DNA of 32,000 bases from an uncultured Oscillatoriaceae bacterium. Its GTDB lineage: Bacteria; Cyanobacteriota; Cyanobacteriia; Cyanobacteriales; Laspinemataceae. The position numbers and the translations under genes were made by a program. Position 1 is the first letter of the stretch. Every line of letters begins with the position of its first letter. Of this stretch, positions 10,139 to 17,810 are shown one piece after another. The DNA lies in NCBI GenBank assembly GCA_965650385.1, contig CBFGOM010000008.1:12849-44848 (forward strand). The letters run 5' to 3'. The notes beneath the pieces are model-generated. The model was not told the DNA's origin. It did not search any database and saw nothing but the letters and a program-made list of their open reading frames with translations.

Positions 10139-10172
10139 ATAGTCGATTTTGGACTATTCTGAAATCGACTAT
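10139..10172 (+). promoter_or_regulatory. Candidate C-box-like operator: 11-bp perfect inverted repeat
   Basis: ATAGTCGATTT (10139-10149) and AAATCGACTAT (10162-10172) are exact reverse complements with a 12-nt spacer. The arms contain AGTC/GACT cores. The element lies 26 nt upstream of ATG 10198 in the M/C divergent intergenic region. Confidence 0.5.
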
Positions 10173-10197
10173 ATCATTTTCCTTGAGGTCAGGTCAA

Positions 10198-10452
10198 ATG
10201 GAAAAATCAATTTTTACACAAGAATATTTGATATTTCTCGGCCAGCTTCGCATGGCAAGAAAAGCCGCAGGGATGACGCAAGAACAAGTTGCTGAACGGT
10301 TAAGGCAAACCCAGTCATTTGTTAGTAAATGTGAACGAGGTGAAAGACGAATTGATGTGATTGAATTGCGGGCATATTGTCGGGCGATCGGGATTTCTTT
10401 TATAGACTTTATTGAACAATTAGAATCAACCCTTGAAACTCCGGAAAATTAG
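10198..10452 (+). CDS. XRE-family helix-turn-helix protein, likely R-M controller (C) protein
   Basis: 84 aa counted from ATG 10198, with GAGG at 10185-10188. HTH region MTQEQVAERLRQTQSFVSKCERGERRIDV. The track ORF start GTG 10117 would place the operator repeat inside the coding sequence, so I prefer 10198. Confidence 0.7.
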   Translation: MEKSIFTQEYLIFLGQLRMARKAAGMTQEQVAERLRQTQSFVSKCERGERRIDVIELRAYCRAIGISFIDFIEQLESTLETPEN

Positions 10453-11348
10453 TGGACTACCATCAAGCACTTGAAATTGCAACGCTGGTCTTACTTGAAT
10501 TGAAGGGCCATAAAATCGATGTAATCACGATATCGAGGCCCAGTGATCTGCAAGGCGCAATAGAACTTTCTAAAATTGTTAGTAAATTATCTCCGATAAT
10601 CGGCAATTTCATAGAATATGCACTCATTCGACATTTGAATGAAATCCCAGTTTGGCCGGATGGCTGTCGATGGATCAGACAAGACCCTGGCTTCCCTGAT
10701 GCAATCTTGAGCGGAATTCCTAATATTGTACCTGGAATTGAAGTGAAAACCTGGTTTCCCCTCTCAACGGAAATAACGGCTCGATTTCGCGATAGTCAAA
10801 CAACTTTCCAAGCTAATCAGATAAAAGTCGTCATCGTCTGTTGGATGCTGGAGGAAGTTTTAGCGGGTAAACCTAAAATTATTGATATTTGGATTGGAGA
10901 TGCCTTAGATGTGGCAAAAGCGCGCGATAACCACTACCATAATCCCCCTTACTATGTGGTGATGGAACCCGAAGATACAAGCAACCGAACTCGCAACCTC
11001 CAACAAACCAACTGTAATGGCTTAGTATTTCAAGGGACTGAAATGCAATTAGCTCAAGCGATCGCCCTAGTTAATTCATGGGAAATAGACTACAGAGAGT
11101 ATCGAAGCGATCGGGATTATCAAATCCGCTTGCGAGAGCTTACTAGTCGTTTTCCCTACCGTCTCGATACCAATTTTGCTAAACTCGACAGAATTGGTTT
11201 GTCTAGTTTAGAAATCTTTAAAACCAATGTCCTGAAATCTTTATATGCTGGAAACACTATCCAATCCTGGATTAGATCCATCAAATTATCCAATCCTACG
11301 GCCTTACAACCGCTCATAGATCCCTCGGCTTCTAGCCCCCTGGACTAA
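10452..11348 (+). CDS. Putative type II restriction endonuclease (PD-(D/E)XK)
   Basis: The 298-aa ORF has FPD83-X13-E97-V-K99, a textbook PD...EXK spacing. Its GTG start shares one nt with the TAG stop of the HTH gene (TAGTG). The genomic context includes a methyltransferase. Confidence 0.6.
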   Translation: MDYHQALEIATLVLLELKGHKIDVITISRPSDLQGAIELSKIVSKLSPIIGNFIEYALIRHLNEIPVWPDGCRWIRQDPGFPDAILSGIPNIVPGIEVKTWFPLSTEITARFRDSQTTFQANQIKVVIVCWMLEEVLAGKPKIIDIWIGDALDVAKARDNHYHNPPYYVVMEPEDTSNRTRNLQQTNCNGLVFQGTEMQLAQAIALVNSWEIDYREYRSDRDYQIRLRELTSRFPYRLDTNFAKLDRIGLSSLEIFKTNVLKSLYAGNTIQSWIRSIKLSNPTALQPLIDPSASSPLD

Positions 11349-11857
11349 CTGCCTCATTTGCTGATTCTTGACTCATTCTTGAATGGGTTTTGTGGGAAAA
11401 AACTCGCTGATTTTTGAAAGTAATCCGTTTGGATTCACTCTACTTCACCCGAAAACTAGAGCATGGATGTTATGCTCATTGGAATGGCCCTAGAATTATC
11501 ACCCTTGGAGAATATCCCTATTCAACCTCTAATTTATCAAGATTGATGAGGATATTGTAGTTACAGATTCCTGCTAGTCGGGGTCCTGGGCGGATTTCCG
11601 GAATCTGGAAAGCGGCTGAGGGGCTTAGGTGGTACTGATCAGAGGGGAAGTTCTGGGTTTGTATGTTGCGATCGCCCCTCAAATCATCCTGGAAACCGAA
11701 GGTCCTCGGGTTGAGGGACTGCGTTAAGCGAGGGACTACCCCACCCCTAGCGGAAAACTCTTGACTCGCCTCCTAGCCCTTGCAGTCCATTCCGTCCCGC
11801 TTTGACGTATGATTAACATTTGAAATCCTTCGTTATCATGACTGGCAAAATAAGACT

Positions 11858-11947
11858 ATGGATATTCTGACTGTGGGTTGGGCTGCTTTTTTAGGTGTTT
11901 TTACTTTTTCCATCTCGATGGTGATTTGGGGCCGTAACGGTTTCTAG
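11858..11947 (+). CDS. petN: Cytochrome b6f complex subunit VIII (PetN), 29 aa
   Basis: Direct translation gives [29 protein letters not shown], which matches the conserved PetN sequence pattern (MDI..LGW......F..S.S.V.WGRNG.). It is too short to appear in the ORF track. Confidence 0.9.
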   Translation: MDILTVGWAAFLGVFTFSISMVIWGRNGF

Positions 11948-12002
11948 GCGTGTTGCTTTTCCCCTAGTCTCCAGGAGGTAATCACCACCCTCCCCTGATT
12001 AA

Positions 12003-12054
12003 AATGAAGCAAAGTTGACTTGTTATTCAGGAAGTCAGCTTTGCTTCATTTTTT
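12003..12054 (+). terminator. Rho-independent terminator after petN
   Basis: AATGAAGCAAAGTTGACTT (12003-12021) pairs with AAGTCAGCTTTGCTTCATT (12032-12050). This is a 19-bp stem with one G-U pair and a 10-nt loop, followed by TTTT. Confidence 0.75.
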
Positions 12055-12084
12055 GTCTCTTAAATTTTGCCAAGGAGTCCAAAC

Positions 12085-12684
12085 ATGACTGGAAAGCGGA
12101 TTTTAATGTTGGTGGGCGATTATGTGGAAGATTATGAAGTGATGGTCCCTTTTCAAGCGCTGCAAATGGTGGGCCATATTGTCCATGCCGTCTGTCCGGA
12201 TAAGACTGCGGGGGAGACGGTTCGGACTGCGATTCACGATTTTGAAGGGGACCAAACCTATAGCGAAAAACCGGGTCACAATTTCACCCTGAATGCGACG
12301 TTTGCGGAAGTGGATCCGGCGACTTATGATGCCTTGGTAATTCCGGGGGGACGTGCGCCGGAATACATTCGCCTGAATCAGCAGGTTTTGGAAATTACCC
12401 GTCATTTTGCGCAGGAAAATAAGCCGATCGCCTCGATTTGTCACGGATTGCAACTGTTGGCAGCGGCGGATGTCCTGCAAGGGAAACGCTGCACTGCTTA
12501 CCCCGCCTGTGGTCCCGATGTGACTCGCGCTGGGGGGACTTATGTGGCGATCGCCGTGGATGAGGCGATCGTGGATGGCAATTTAGTAACGGCCCCCGCT
12601 TGGCCCGCCCATTCCGCTTGGTTGGCTGAATTTCTTAAGGTTTTAGGGACTAAAATCGAACATCGCGACCTAGCGGCAGTTTAA
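12085..12684 (+). CDS. DJ-1/PfpI family protein (class I glutamine amidotransferase-like)
   Basis: Nucleophile elbow [14 protein letters not shown] and [12 protein letters not shown] 12085 is preceded by AAGGAG. The track start TTG 12067 is less likely. Confidence 0.85.
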   Translation: MTGKRILMLVGDYVEDYEVMVPFQALQMVGHIVHAVCPDKTAGETVRTAIHDFEGDQTYSEKPGHNFTLNATFAEVDPATYDALVIPGGRAPEYIRLNQQVLEITRHFAQENKPIASICHGLQLLAAADVLQGKRCTAYPACGPDVTRAGGTYVAIAVDEAIVDGNLVTAPAWPAHSAWLAEFLKVLGTKIEHRDLAAV

Positions 12685-12697
12685 CCCTCAATCTGGG

Positions 12698-12934
12698 TTA
12701 GAACCATCCCCACCATCGCCCCAGAAATTGCCAAAAGCGATCGCCCCATTGGGCTGCACAGAACCCGAAGAGGGTCCCTAATCCCAAACTCCAGGCGATC
12801 GCCCCTCCGGCATTCATCCCATCCCAGATGAAGAAAATTGCAATAAATATTCCGGCGATCGCCCCACAGACAAATCGGACAACCCATCCGAAGAGATCTG
12901 GGCGACGCTTGGGATGGGGATGTTTCTGAGTCAT
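12698..12934 (-). CDS. Small two-TM membrane protein, unknown function
   Basis: 78 aa with a basic N-terminus (KRRPD) and then two hydrophobic helices. I prefer it over the overlapping 12681-12887 ORF, whose translation looks like noise. Confidence 0.5.
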   Translation of the reverse strand: MTQKHPHPKRRPDLFGWVVRFVCGAIAGIFIAIFFIWDGMNAGGAIAWSLGLGTLFGFCAAQWGDRFWQFLGRWWGWF

Positions 12935-12994
12935 GATGGATTCCTCTTAATTTGGGCCTTTTGCAGCCTTCTATACCATACTTTGGCTAAGTTA

Positions 12995-13036
12995 GTGACG
13001 ATATTTACAAAAATTTATTAATACCCGCGTCATAAT
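12995..13036 (+). promoter_or_regulatory. Weak NtcA-type promoter candidate
   Basis: GTG-N8-TAC at 12995-13008, then 22 nt, then CATAAT at 13031-13036, about 34 nt before ATG 13070. GTG replaces the consensus GTA, so this could be chance. Confidence 0.2.
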
Positions 13037-13069
13037 CAGAAGCATAAGAAACCCGATGAAGGAAAATCT

Positions 13070-13510
13070 ATGAGTTTAACTAAGTCTGTTCAAATTCGGC
13101 TTTTAGAAACCATGCAGTCTGGAATGACTGAATTTTATACCCCTCAGTCCAGTCATGAAACGATGTTAGTCCAGGTGAAAGCGCGGACCTGCGATGATTT
13201 ATTCGTCCATCATTTTCAGACGGATCAATTGCTGGTGGTCCGGGGCAGTTTTGTGTTAGTAGTGTTACAGAACCGCCACTATCGCTATATTCCCTTGAGC
13301 GATCGCTATCCGGCAGTAGTCACCATTCCCCCTGGGGTTCCTCATAGTGCGATTAATTTCAGCAATGAACCCTGTCTGGTGGTGAATGCTGTATTACGAA
13401 ATGGGTCCCCCCATCCGAAGGATTATCACCCCATGAAACCGAGGATTCCTTATGATTTGGTGGCGGCGCGATCGGCATTAGAACAGATGATAAGTCCTAT
13501 TGTTGCTTAA
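13070..13510 (+). CDS. Cupin-fold protein (sugar epimerase/WxcM-like small barrel)
   Basis: 146 aa. The beta-rich core FVHHFQTDQLLVVRGSFVLVV...IPPGVPHSAINFSNEPCLVVN is typical of cupin barrels. The exact function cannot be assigned. Confidence 0.5.
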   Translation: MSLTKSVQIRLLETMQSGMTEFYTPQSSHETMLVQVKARTCDDLFVHHFQTDQLLVVRGSFVLVVLQNRHYRYIPLSDRYPAVVTIPPGVPHSAINFSNEPCLVVNAVLRNGSPHPKDYHPMKPRIPYDLVAARSALEQMISPIVA

Positions 13511-13513
13511 ACA

Positions 13514-13735
13514 GTGCCACTCTACCAAATTAAAGTTAAACCCAATTCTAAACAGCAGCAAATTACGGAAGAACCCGATGGCAGTTTGACCATTCGCCTG
13601 AAATCTCCCCCGGTTGATGGCAAGGCGAATGCAGAATTAATTAAACTGTTAGCGGATAAGTTTGAGGTTCCTAAATCAGCGATTGTGATTAAATCCGGTT
13701 TTTCTTCTCGAAATAAAGTCGTAGAAGTGTTGTAA
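13514..13735 (+). CDS. DUF167 (YggU/UPF0235) family protein
   Basis: VKPNSK...[35 protein letters not shown] matches the DUF167 signature. GTG start. Confidence 0.75.
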   Translation: MPLYQIKVKPNSKQQQITEEPDGSLTIRLKSPPVDGKANAELIKLLADKFEVPKSAIVIKSGFSSRNKVVEVL

Positions 13736-13771
13736 AACTGAAGAAGGAAAACAAGACAACAAGCGGGTATT

Positions 13772-14596
13772 GTGGCATCTGAACTCAGATTAAAACCGGA
13801 AGTGACTTTTGGGCGATCGCGATCGCCCCTATCGACCTTGTGGGATGATAGTATCACGATTTTATGGGGAGACTGGCTCGATTTACGGGTGCGACTGGTA
13901 CAAGTGGCCGCATCGGGACTGGTTTCTCCTTTGATATATATCCTAGCATTTGGCTTAGGGTTAGGAAATACTATGCGATCGGGACTAGATGGGGCAAATA
14001 GTTACCTAGAATTCATGTTACCAGGAATGGTTGCCCTTTCTTCCATGACGATCTGTTTTGCGGGGACGGTGTTTTCCATTTGTGGGGAACGCTTATTTAC
14101 CAAAAACTTTGAAGAAATGCTCCTCATGCCGATTCATCCTCTGTCCTTATATCTCGGCAAAATGATGGCCGGAATTTTGCGAGGGTTGATGACATCTGGT
14201 TCGGTCCTCCTTGTGGCAATTCTGTTTACTGGCAAAATTTGGAGTTTCCTCAACCCCCTATTTTTACTCGTGTTGCTGCTCAATTGTGCCATATTTTCAG
14301 GATTGGGAGTGTTAGTAGGATTAACAGTCAAATCCTTAGAAAGTGTGGGAATTTACAACAATTTTATCATTGTTCCCATGTCATTTTTAGGAGCAACTTT
14401 TTTTGACCCAGCGCAGTTACCGTCAGCCTTAAAAGTGGTGGTTTATCTGTTGCCTTTGACCTATACGAGTATCGGGTTAAGGGCAGCAGCTTACAATATG
14501 AATCAGTTTCCCTGGTATAGTATTGTGGTTCTGGCGATCGCGGCTTTAGGATTATCCTTCCTCGGGGCGCGTCAATTTGCCAATCAGCAGGATTAA
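13772..14596 (+). CDS. ABC-2 type transporter permease (no adjacent ATPase gene)
   Basis: 274 aa with about 6 TM helices, with layout and length typical of ABC-2 permeases. GTG start is uncertain. The N-terminal region carries an overlapping HIP1 dimer. Confidence 0.65.
   Translation: MASELRLKPEVTFGRSRSPLSTLWDDSITILWGDWLDLRVRLVQVAASGLVSPLIYILAFGLGLGNTMRSGLDGANSYLEFMLPGMVALSSMTICFAGTVFSICGERLFTKNFEEMLLMPIHPLSLYLGKMMAGILRGLMTSGSVLLVAILFTGKIWSFLNPLFLLVLLLNCAIFSGLGVLVGLTVKSLESVGIYNNFIIVPMSFLGATFFDPAQLPSALKVVVYLLPLTYTSIGLRAAAYNMNQFPWYSIVVLAIAALGLSFLGARQFANQQD
13813..13826. repeat. Overlapping HIP1 dimer GCGATCGCGATCGC
   Basis: Two GCGATCGC copies share 2 nt (13813-13820 and 13819-13826) and encode GRSRSP. 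About 64 HIP1 copies occur window-wide by manual scan. Confidence 0.9.
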
Positions 14597-14626
14597 AGTT
14601 TTGTCATCAAATTAGGGTAGGTTCCC

Positions 14627-14660
14627 ATAGTTTTAGTCCGCCTTCACGGGCTAAAACTAT
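14627..14660 (+). terminator. Hairpin downstream of the ABC-2 permease gene
   Basis: ATAGTTTTAGTCCG-CCTTCA-CGGGCTAAAACTAT forms a 14-bp stem with one G-U pair, 30 nt after the stop. The following T-run is weak (AGGCTTTAATT). Confidence 0.4.
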
Positions 14661-14940
14661 AGGCTTTAATTGAAGAGGGTAAAAGCGAGAACGATTGACC
14701 TGACCACGAAAAAACTAAATAATTTGATAAAAAAGAGGTAGTTGCTAGTGACATTACCACAAAATTAGAATCTATTCAACCCTATCAATGCATGAATATT
14801 TTTATAGTTTGCCATCATGCTATCAGTCAAAGTACCTTAATACAAAAACAAGTATTCAAGACAAAGAATTTCATGTTAAAAAATGGTTTAAAAATCGATT
14901 GTAAGAAAATCCAAATTAACTATATAAACCTTATCTAGCC

Positions 14941-16113
14941 ATGATTTCAAAAAAATATCCCTATTCAGTTTTGAGTCTATTTGCGGGTGCAGGGGGATTA
15001 GATTTAGGATTTGAAATCGAGGGATTTAGGGTCTTGGAAGCCGTTGATATTAATCCTTGGTGTATTCAAACGTTGCAACAAAATAAAAGCCAATGGAATG
15101 TGAAATTAGCTGATATCTGTTCCTACTCCCCCCAATTATCGGAACAACCGGATGTTTTGACGGCTGGGGTTCCCTGTCAAGGATTTTCCTTGGGGGGAAA
15201 TCGCGAAGAAAGTGACCCCAGAAATTTACTGTATAAAGAAGTAATTCGGATTTCTAAAATTTGTCAGCCTCGGATTGTTTTGATTGAAAATGTATTAAAC
15301 TTGCGAACGATGCGATCGCCTCAGACGGGCTTACCCTTTAGTGAAACTATTATCCAAGACCTAAACGAAATAGGCTATCAGGTGGTTTCTGATATTTTCA
15401 AAGTCTGCTATTATGGAGTTCCACAAACCAGAAGGCGGTTTATTTTTATCGGATTTAAAGATAGTTTACCATCAGGCTATGAGTTGCCTAAACCTGGAAA
15501 ACTCACAACGATTCGAGACTTTGTTTATGATTTAGCGCAAGGAAAAGCTAGGGAACTCCCGAACCACAATCCGCAATGGGGATTTAAGAGTAAAGTGCAT
15601 CGAGAAACAGGAAATTCCTTTAATTTAGAGGAGGAAGTCCTGCCGGTCCGCTTATCCAGAACAGCATCGGATGGTCATCCGATTCGGTCTTACGATGCAC
15701 CTTTTCCCGCGATAGATTCAGCCACAATTTGGGGATGGGCGCAAGGAAATGTGGTGGCGGGACGGCATGAAAAAGATCGCCTCAAGGCTAAGTTTGTCCG
15801 GAATTCTCAATCTACGGTTCCCTTGTGGCGAATTGAGGCGTCGCGAATTCGGAGTTTTACCCATCGGGAATATGCGCGATTACAAACTTTTCCAGATGAT
15901 TGGGTATTTATTGGAGGAAATAAACGGGATATTCATCTACAGATTGGGAATGCGGTTCCGGTTAAATTTGCTCAACAATTAGCCCGGAATATTAGGCAGG
16001 CGTTGGACTGTTTGAATGGGGGGATGCCGTTTAAGGAAAACTCTACAGAAAAGCGATCGCCAAGTTGTGATGTACAAGAGATGCCTGAGTATCGACAATT
16101 GTCGTTATTTTAA
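14941..16113 (+). CDS. DNA (cytosine-5) methyltransferase, solitary
   Basis: Motif I FAGAGGLDLGF, motif IV GVPCQGFS, motif VI ENV, motif VIII QTRRR and motif X GNAVP. No nuclease-sized ORF lies on either side. Confidence 0.9.
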   Translation: MISKKYPYSVLSLFAGAGGLDLGFEIEGFRVLEAVDINPWCIQTLQQNKSQWNVKLADICSYSPQLSEQPDVLTAGVPCQGFSLGGNREESDPRNLLYKEVIRISKICQPRIVLIENVLNLRTMRSPQTGLPFSETIIQDLNEIGYQVVSDIFKVCYYGVPQTRRRFIFIGFKDSLPSGYELPKPGKLTTIRDFVYDLAQGKARELPNHNPQWGFKSKVHRETGNSFNLEEEVLPVRLSRTASDGHPIRSYDAPFPAIDSATIWGWAQGNVVAGRHEKDRLKAKFVRNSQSTVPLWRIEASRIRSFTHREYARLQTFPDDWVFIGGNKRDIHLQIGNAVPVKFAQQLARNIRQALDCLNGGMPFKENSTEKRSPSCDVQEMPEYRQLSLF

Positions 16114-16191
16114 GTAACAAAAGGGGCGATCGCTTTTTTATTTACTCCCTTTCAAGAGAGGTTAGGCGGGGTAATATTCCCCGATTCAGGA

Positions 16192-16545
16192 TTAAAGTTT
16201 TGCCAAGAGGGAAAAGAGGATGGAGTTGATAAAGCTGAGGGCTAAGGTCCCAATGAGAGCACTCCAAAATCCCCAACGGAGGCGAAATCCCGTCACTAAC
16301 CAAGCGGCTAATCCAAAGATAATCGCATTGATAATCAGGCTGAATAATCCTAGGGTAAGGAACGTGATTGGGAAAGCTAAAACTTGTAAAATTGGCTTAA
16401 TCAGCGCATTTAAAATCCCAAAGACTCCGGCGGAGATTAAGGCTTTTTGAAATCCATCTATTTCTACGCCAGTGGGCAGTTTAGAAATAATAAACAAGCT
16501 GATTGCGGTTATGACCCAGGTAATGAGTAAGCTAACGATATCCAT
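16192..16545 (-). CDS. DUF360 / phage-holin-4-like small membrane protein
   Basis: 117 aa with 4 TM helices. The pattern LISAGVFGILNALIKPIL..L.FPITFLTLGLF..IINA is typical of the YvlD/DUF360 family. Confidence 0.7.
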   Translation of the reverse strand: MDIVSLLITWVITAISLFIISKLPTGVEIDGFQKALISAGVFGILNALIKPILQVLAFPITFLTLGLFSLIINAIIFGLAAWLVTGFRLRWGFWSALIGTLALSFINSILFSLLAKL

Positions 16546-16779
16546 GAAAATGGCTCCTATTGATTGGCTACAGGATTATGATACAGGGAAAGCTTGATTT
16601 CTGCGGAGACAATTGGATATTCTGTCTTGGGAGGGGAAATCCGTACTCCTTGAACAGGTTATACAGACGGCAGGATGTCTGGTGGAGGTTGTTTGGGTTG
16701 ATACAGAAAATTTATATAACTGAGGCGATCGCCTCGTTTTCTCGGGGGATAGCATGAAATTGATATTGATGAAGACAAG

Positions 16780-16842
16780 AAACCGGGTTTCTGGTGTAAA
16801 TTGTGGCGCATTGACCAAAAATTCTGACCAGAAACTCGGTTT
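16780..16842. other. 16-bp long-range hairpin in the intergenic region
   Basis: AAACCGGGTTTCTGGT (16780-16795) pairs with ACCAGAAACTCGGTTT (16827-16842). There is one G-U pair on the plus strand (C-A on the minus strand) and a 31-nt loop. Confidence 0.5.
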
Positions 16843-16903
16843 GTAAGGGAAAATGGTCCTCTACCGGAGAATTGCGGGAAAATTCAGATCCTAGAGTTCG
16901 GGA

Positions 16904-17764
16904 TTAGGGGTGATGAAGAGGGCGATGACGGAGGAGGGAGTGCGGTTTTTCCAAACCATGTGCTTCCATCAGGGGTGCATCTGCCATGACAACATCGGGA
17001 CTGCCGGTGGTGATGATGCGTCCTTCGTCCATGAGAATAACGCGATCGCACACTTCTAGTATCAGTTCTAAGTCGTGAGAGGAAATGAGTAACGTTTCCT
17101 GAGAGGTTTGTAAAAAGTGGATTAAACGCCGACGGGCTCGTAAATCTAGGTTGGCGCTGGGTTCATCATAAAGGATAATTTGAGGTTGCATGGCAAGAAC
17201 AGTGGCGATCGCTACCATGCGCTTTTGTCCGCCGGAAAGATGGTGGGGGGGACGAGTTTCTAGGTCCCCAACGCCGGTTAAATCGAGGGCGGTTCTAACG
17301 CGATCGCTCAATTCTGACCCAGACAGTCCCATGTTTTGTGGTCCAAAGGCAACATCATCCCAGACAGACGCAGAGAATAGCTGATCGTTGGGGTTTTGAA
17401 AAACTAAGCCAATTTCTGGATAGAATTCCCCTGGAACTACGGGGCGATTAAATAGGGTAATTTGACCCGAAACAGGCTTGAGAATGCCACAAATTGATAA
17501 AAATAAACTGGTTTTTCCTGCACCATTGGACCCAATCAGTCCGACGCGATCGCCGGGGTGGATACGCAGATTAATGTTTTGTAAAACATCGGCTTTATCC
17601 GGATAAGAAAAGCAGAGTTCATGAATGGCGATCGCCACATTCTCCCAGTTGAGCGCCGCAGAATTCGATGAGACTTCTAAAAGATTCTCGGGGAGATTAT
17701 CGGCGAGGTTGTTAGAGGTTAAAGGTTTTATCTGTTCTTTCATCGGATATGATAAGATGAGCAA
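16904..17764 (-). CDS. cbiO: ECF transporter ATPase, CbiO/NikO type
   Basis: Walker A GSNGAGKTS, signature LSGGQKRMVAIA, Walker B ILYDEPSANLD and H-loop SSHD. The start is TTG 17764 or ATG 17743 (MKEQIK). Confidence 0.85.
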   Translation of the reverse strand: MLILSYPMKEQIKPLTSNNLADNLPENLLEVSSNSAALNWENVAIAIHELCFSYPDKADVLQNINLRIHPGDRVGLIGSNGAGKTSLFLSICGILKPVSGQITLFNRPVVPGEFYPEIGLVFQNPNDQLFSASVWDDVAFGPQNMGLSGSELSDRVRTALDLTGVGDLETRPPHHLSGGQKRMVAIATVLAMQPQIILYDEPSANLDLRARRRLIHFLQTSQETLLISSHDLELILEVCDRVILMDEGRIITTGSPDVVMADAPLMEAHGLEKPHSLLRHRPLHHP

Positions 17765-17810
17765 TAAGTGCGGTTACTTTTTAAAAGCGTCATGAGCTAA
17801 ATCACATATC

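Noticed and set aside
6347-11348. UvrD-family helicase as part of a larger helicase, methylase and nuclease defence system
   Set aside because: The helicase is convergent with the methyltransferase and separated from it by 133 bp. It is HIP1-rich like the core genome, has a standard SF1 motif set without a nuclease domain, and looks like a housekeeping gene rather than a cassette component.
11585-11630. SRP (4.5S) RNA-like TTCCGGAATCTGGAAAGCGGC
   Set aside because: It does not reproduce the conserved domain IV (GGAA tetraloop closed by a helix, GGAAGCAGCC 3' strand), and the flanks cannot form the required helix.
8885-11857. Direct repeats or target-site duplication flanking the R-M cassette
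   Set aside because: I compared the flanks (8885-9017 and 11349-11500) by eye and found no shared repeat and no integrase or transposase. The insertion mechanism therefore cannot be supported.
12103-12480. 125-aa antisense ORF within the DJ-1/PfpI gene
   Set aside because: It is a shadow ORF. The sense frame carries the ICHG nucleophile elbow.
12681-12887. 68-aa ORF overlapping the small membrane protein gene
   Set aside because: The alternative frame (12698-12934) gives a coherent two-TM protein with a positive-inside N-terminus, whereas this frame gives a Cys/Arg-rich irregular sequence.
14627-14660. CRISPR-repeat-like GTTTTAGTCC...GGGCTAAAAC palindrome
   Set aside because: There is a single copy only, with no spacer-repeat periodicity and no cas genes. 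It is better explained as a terminator hairpin after the ABC-2 permease gene.
16560-16818. 65-aa and 80-aa ORFs in the cbiO/DUF360 intergenic region
   Set aside because: They overlap each other on opposite strands, lack ribosome-binding sites and give implausible translations. The region is better treated as non-coding (hairpin, HIP1 palindrome, promoter).
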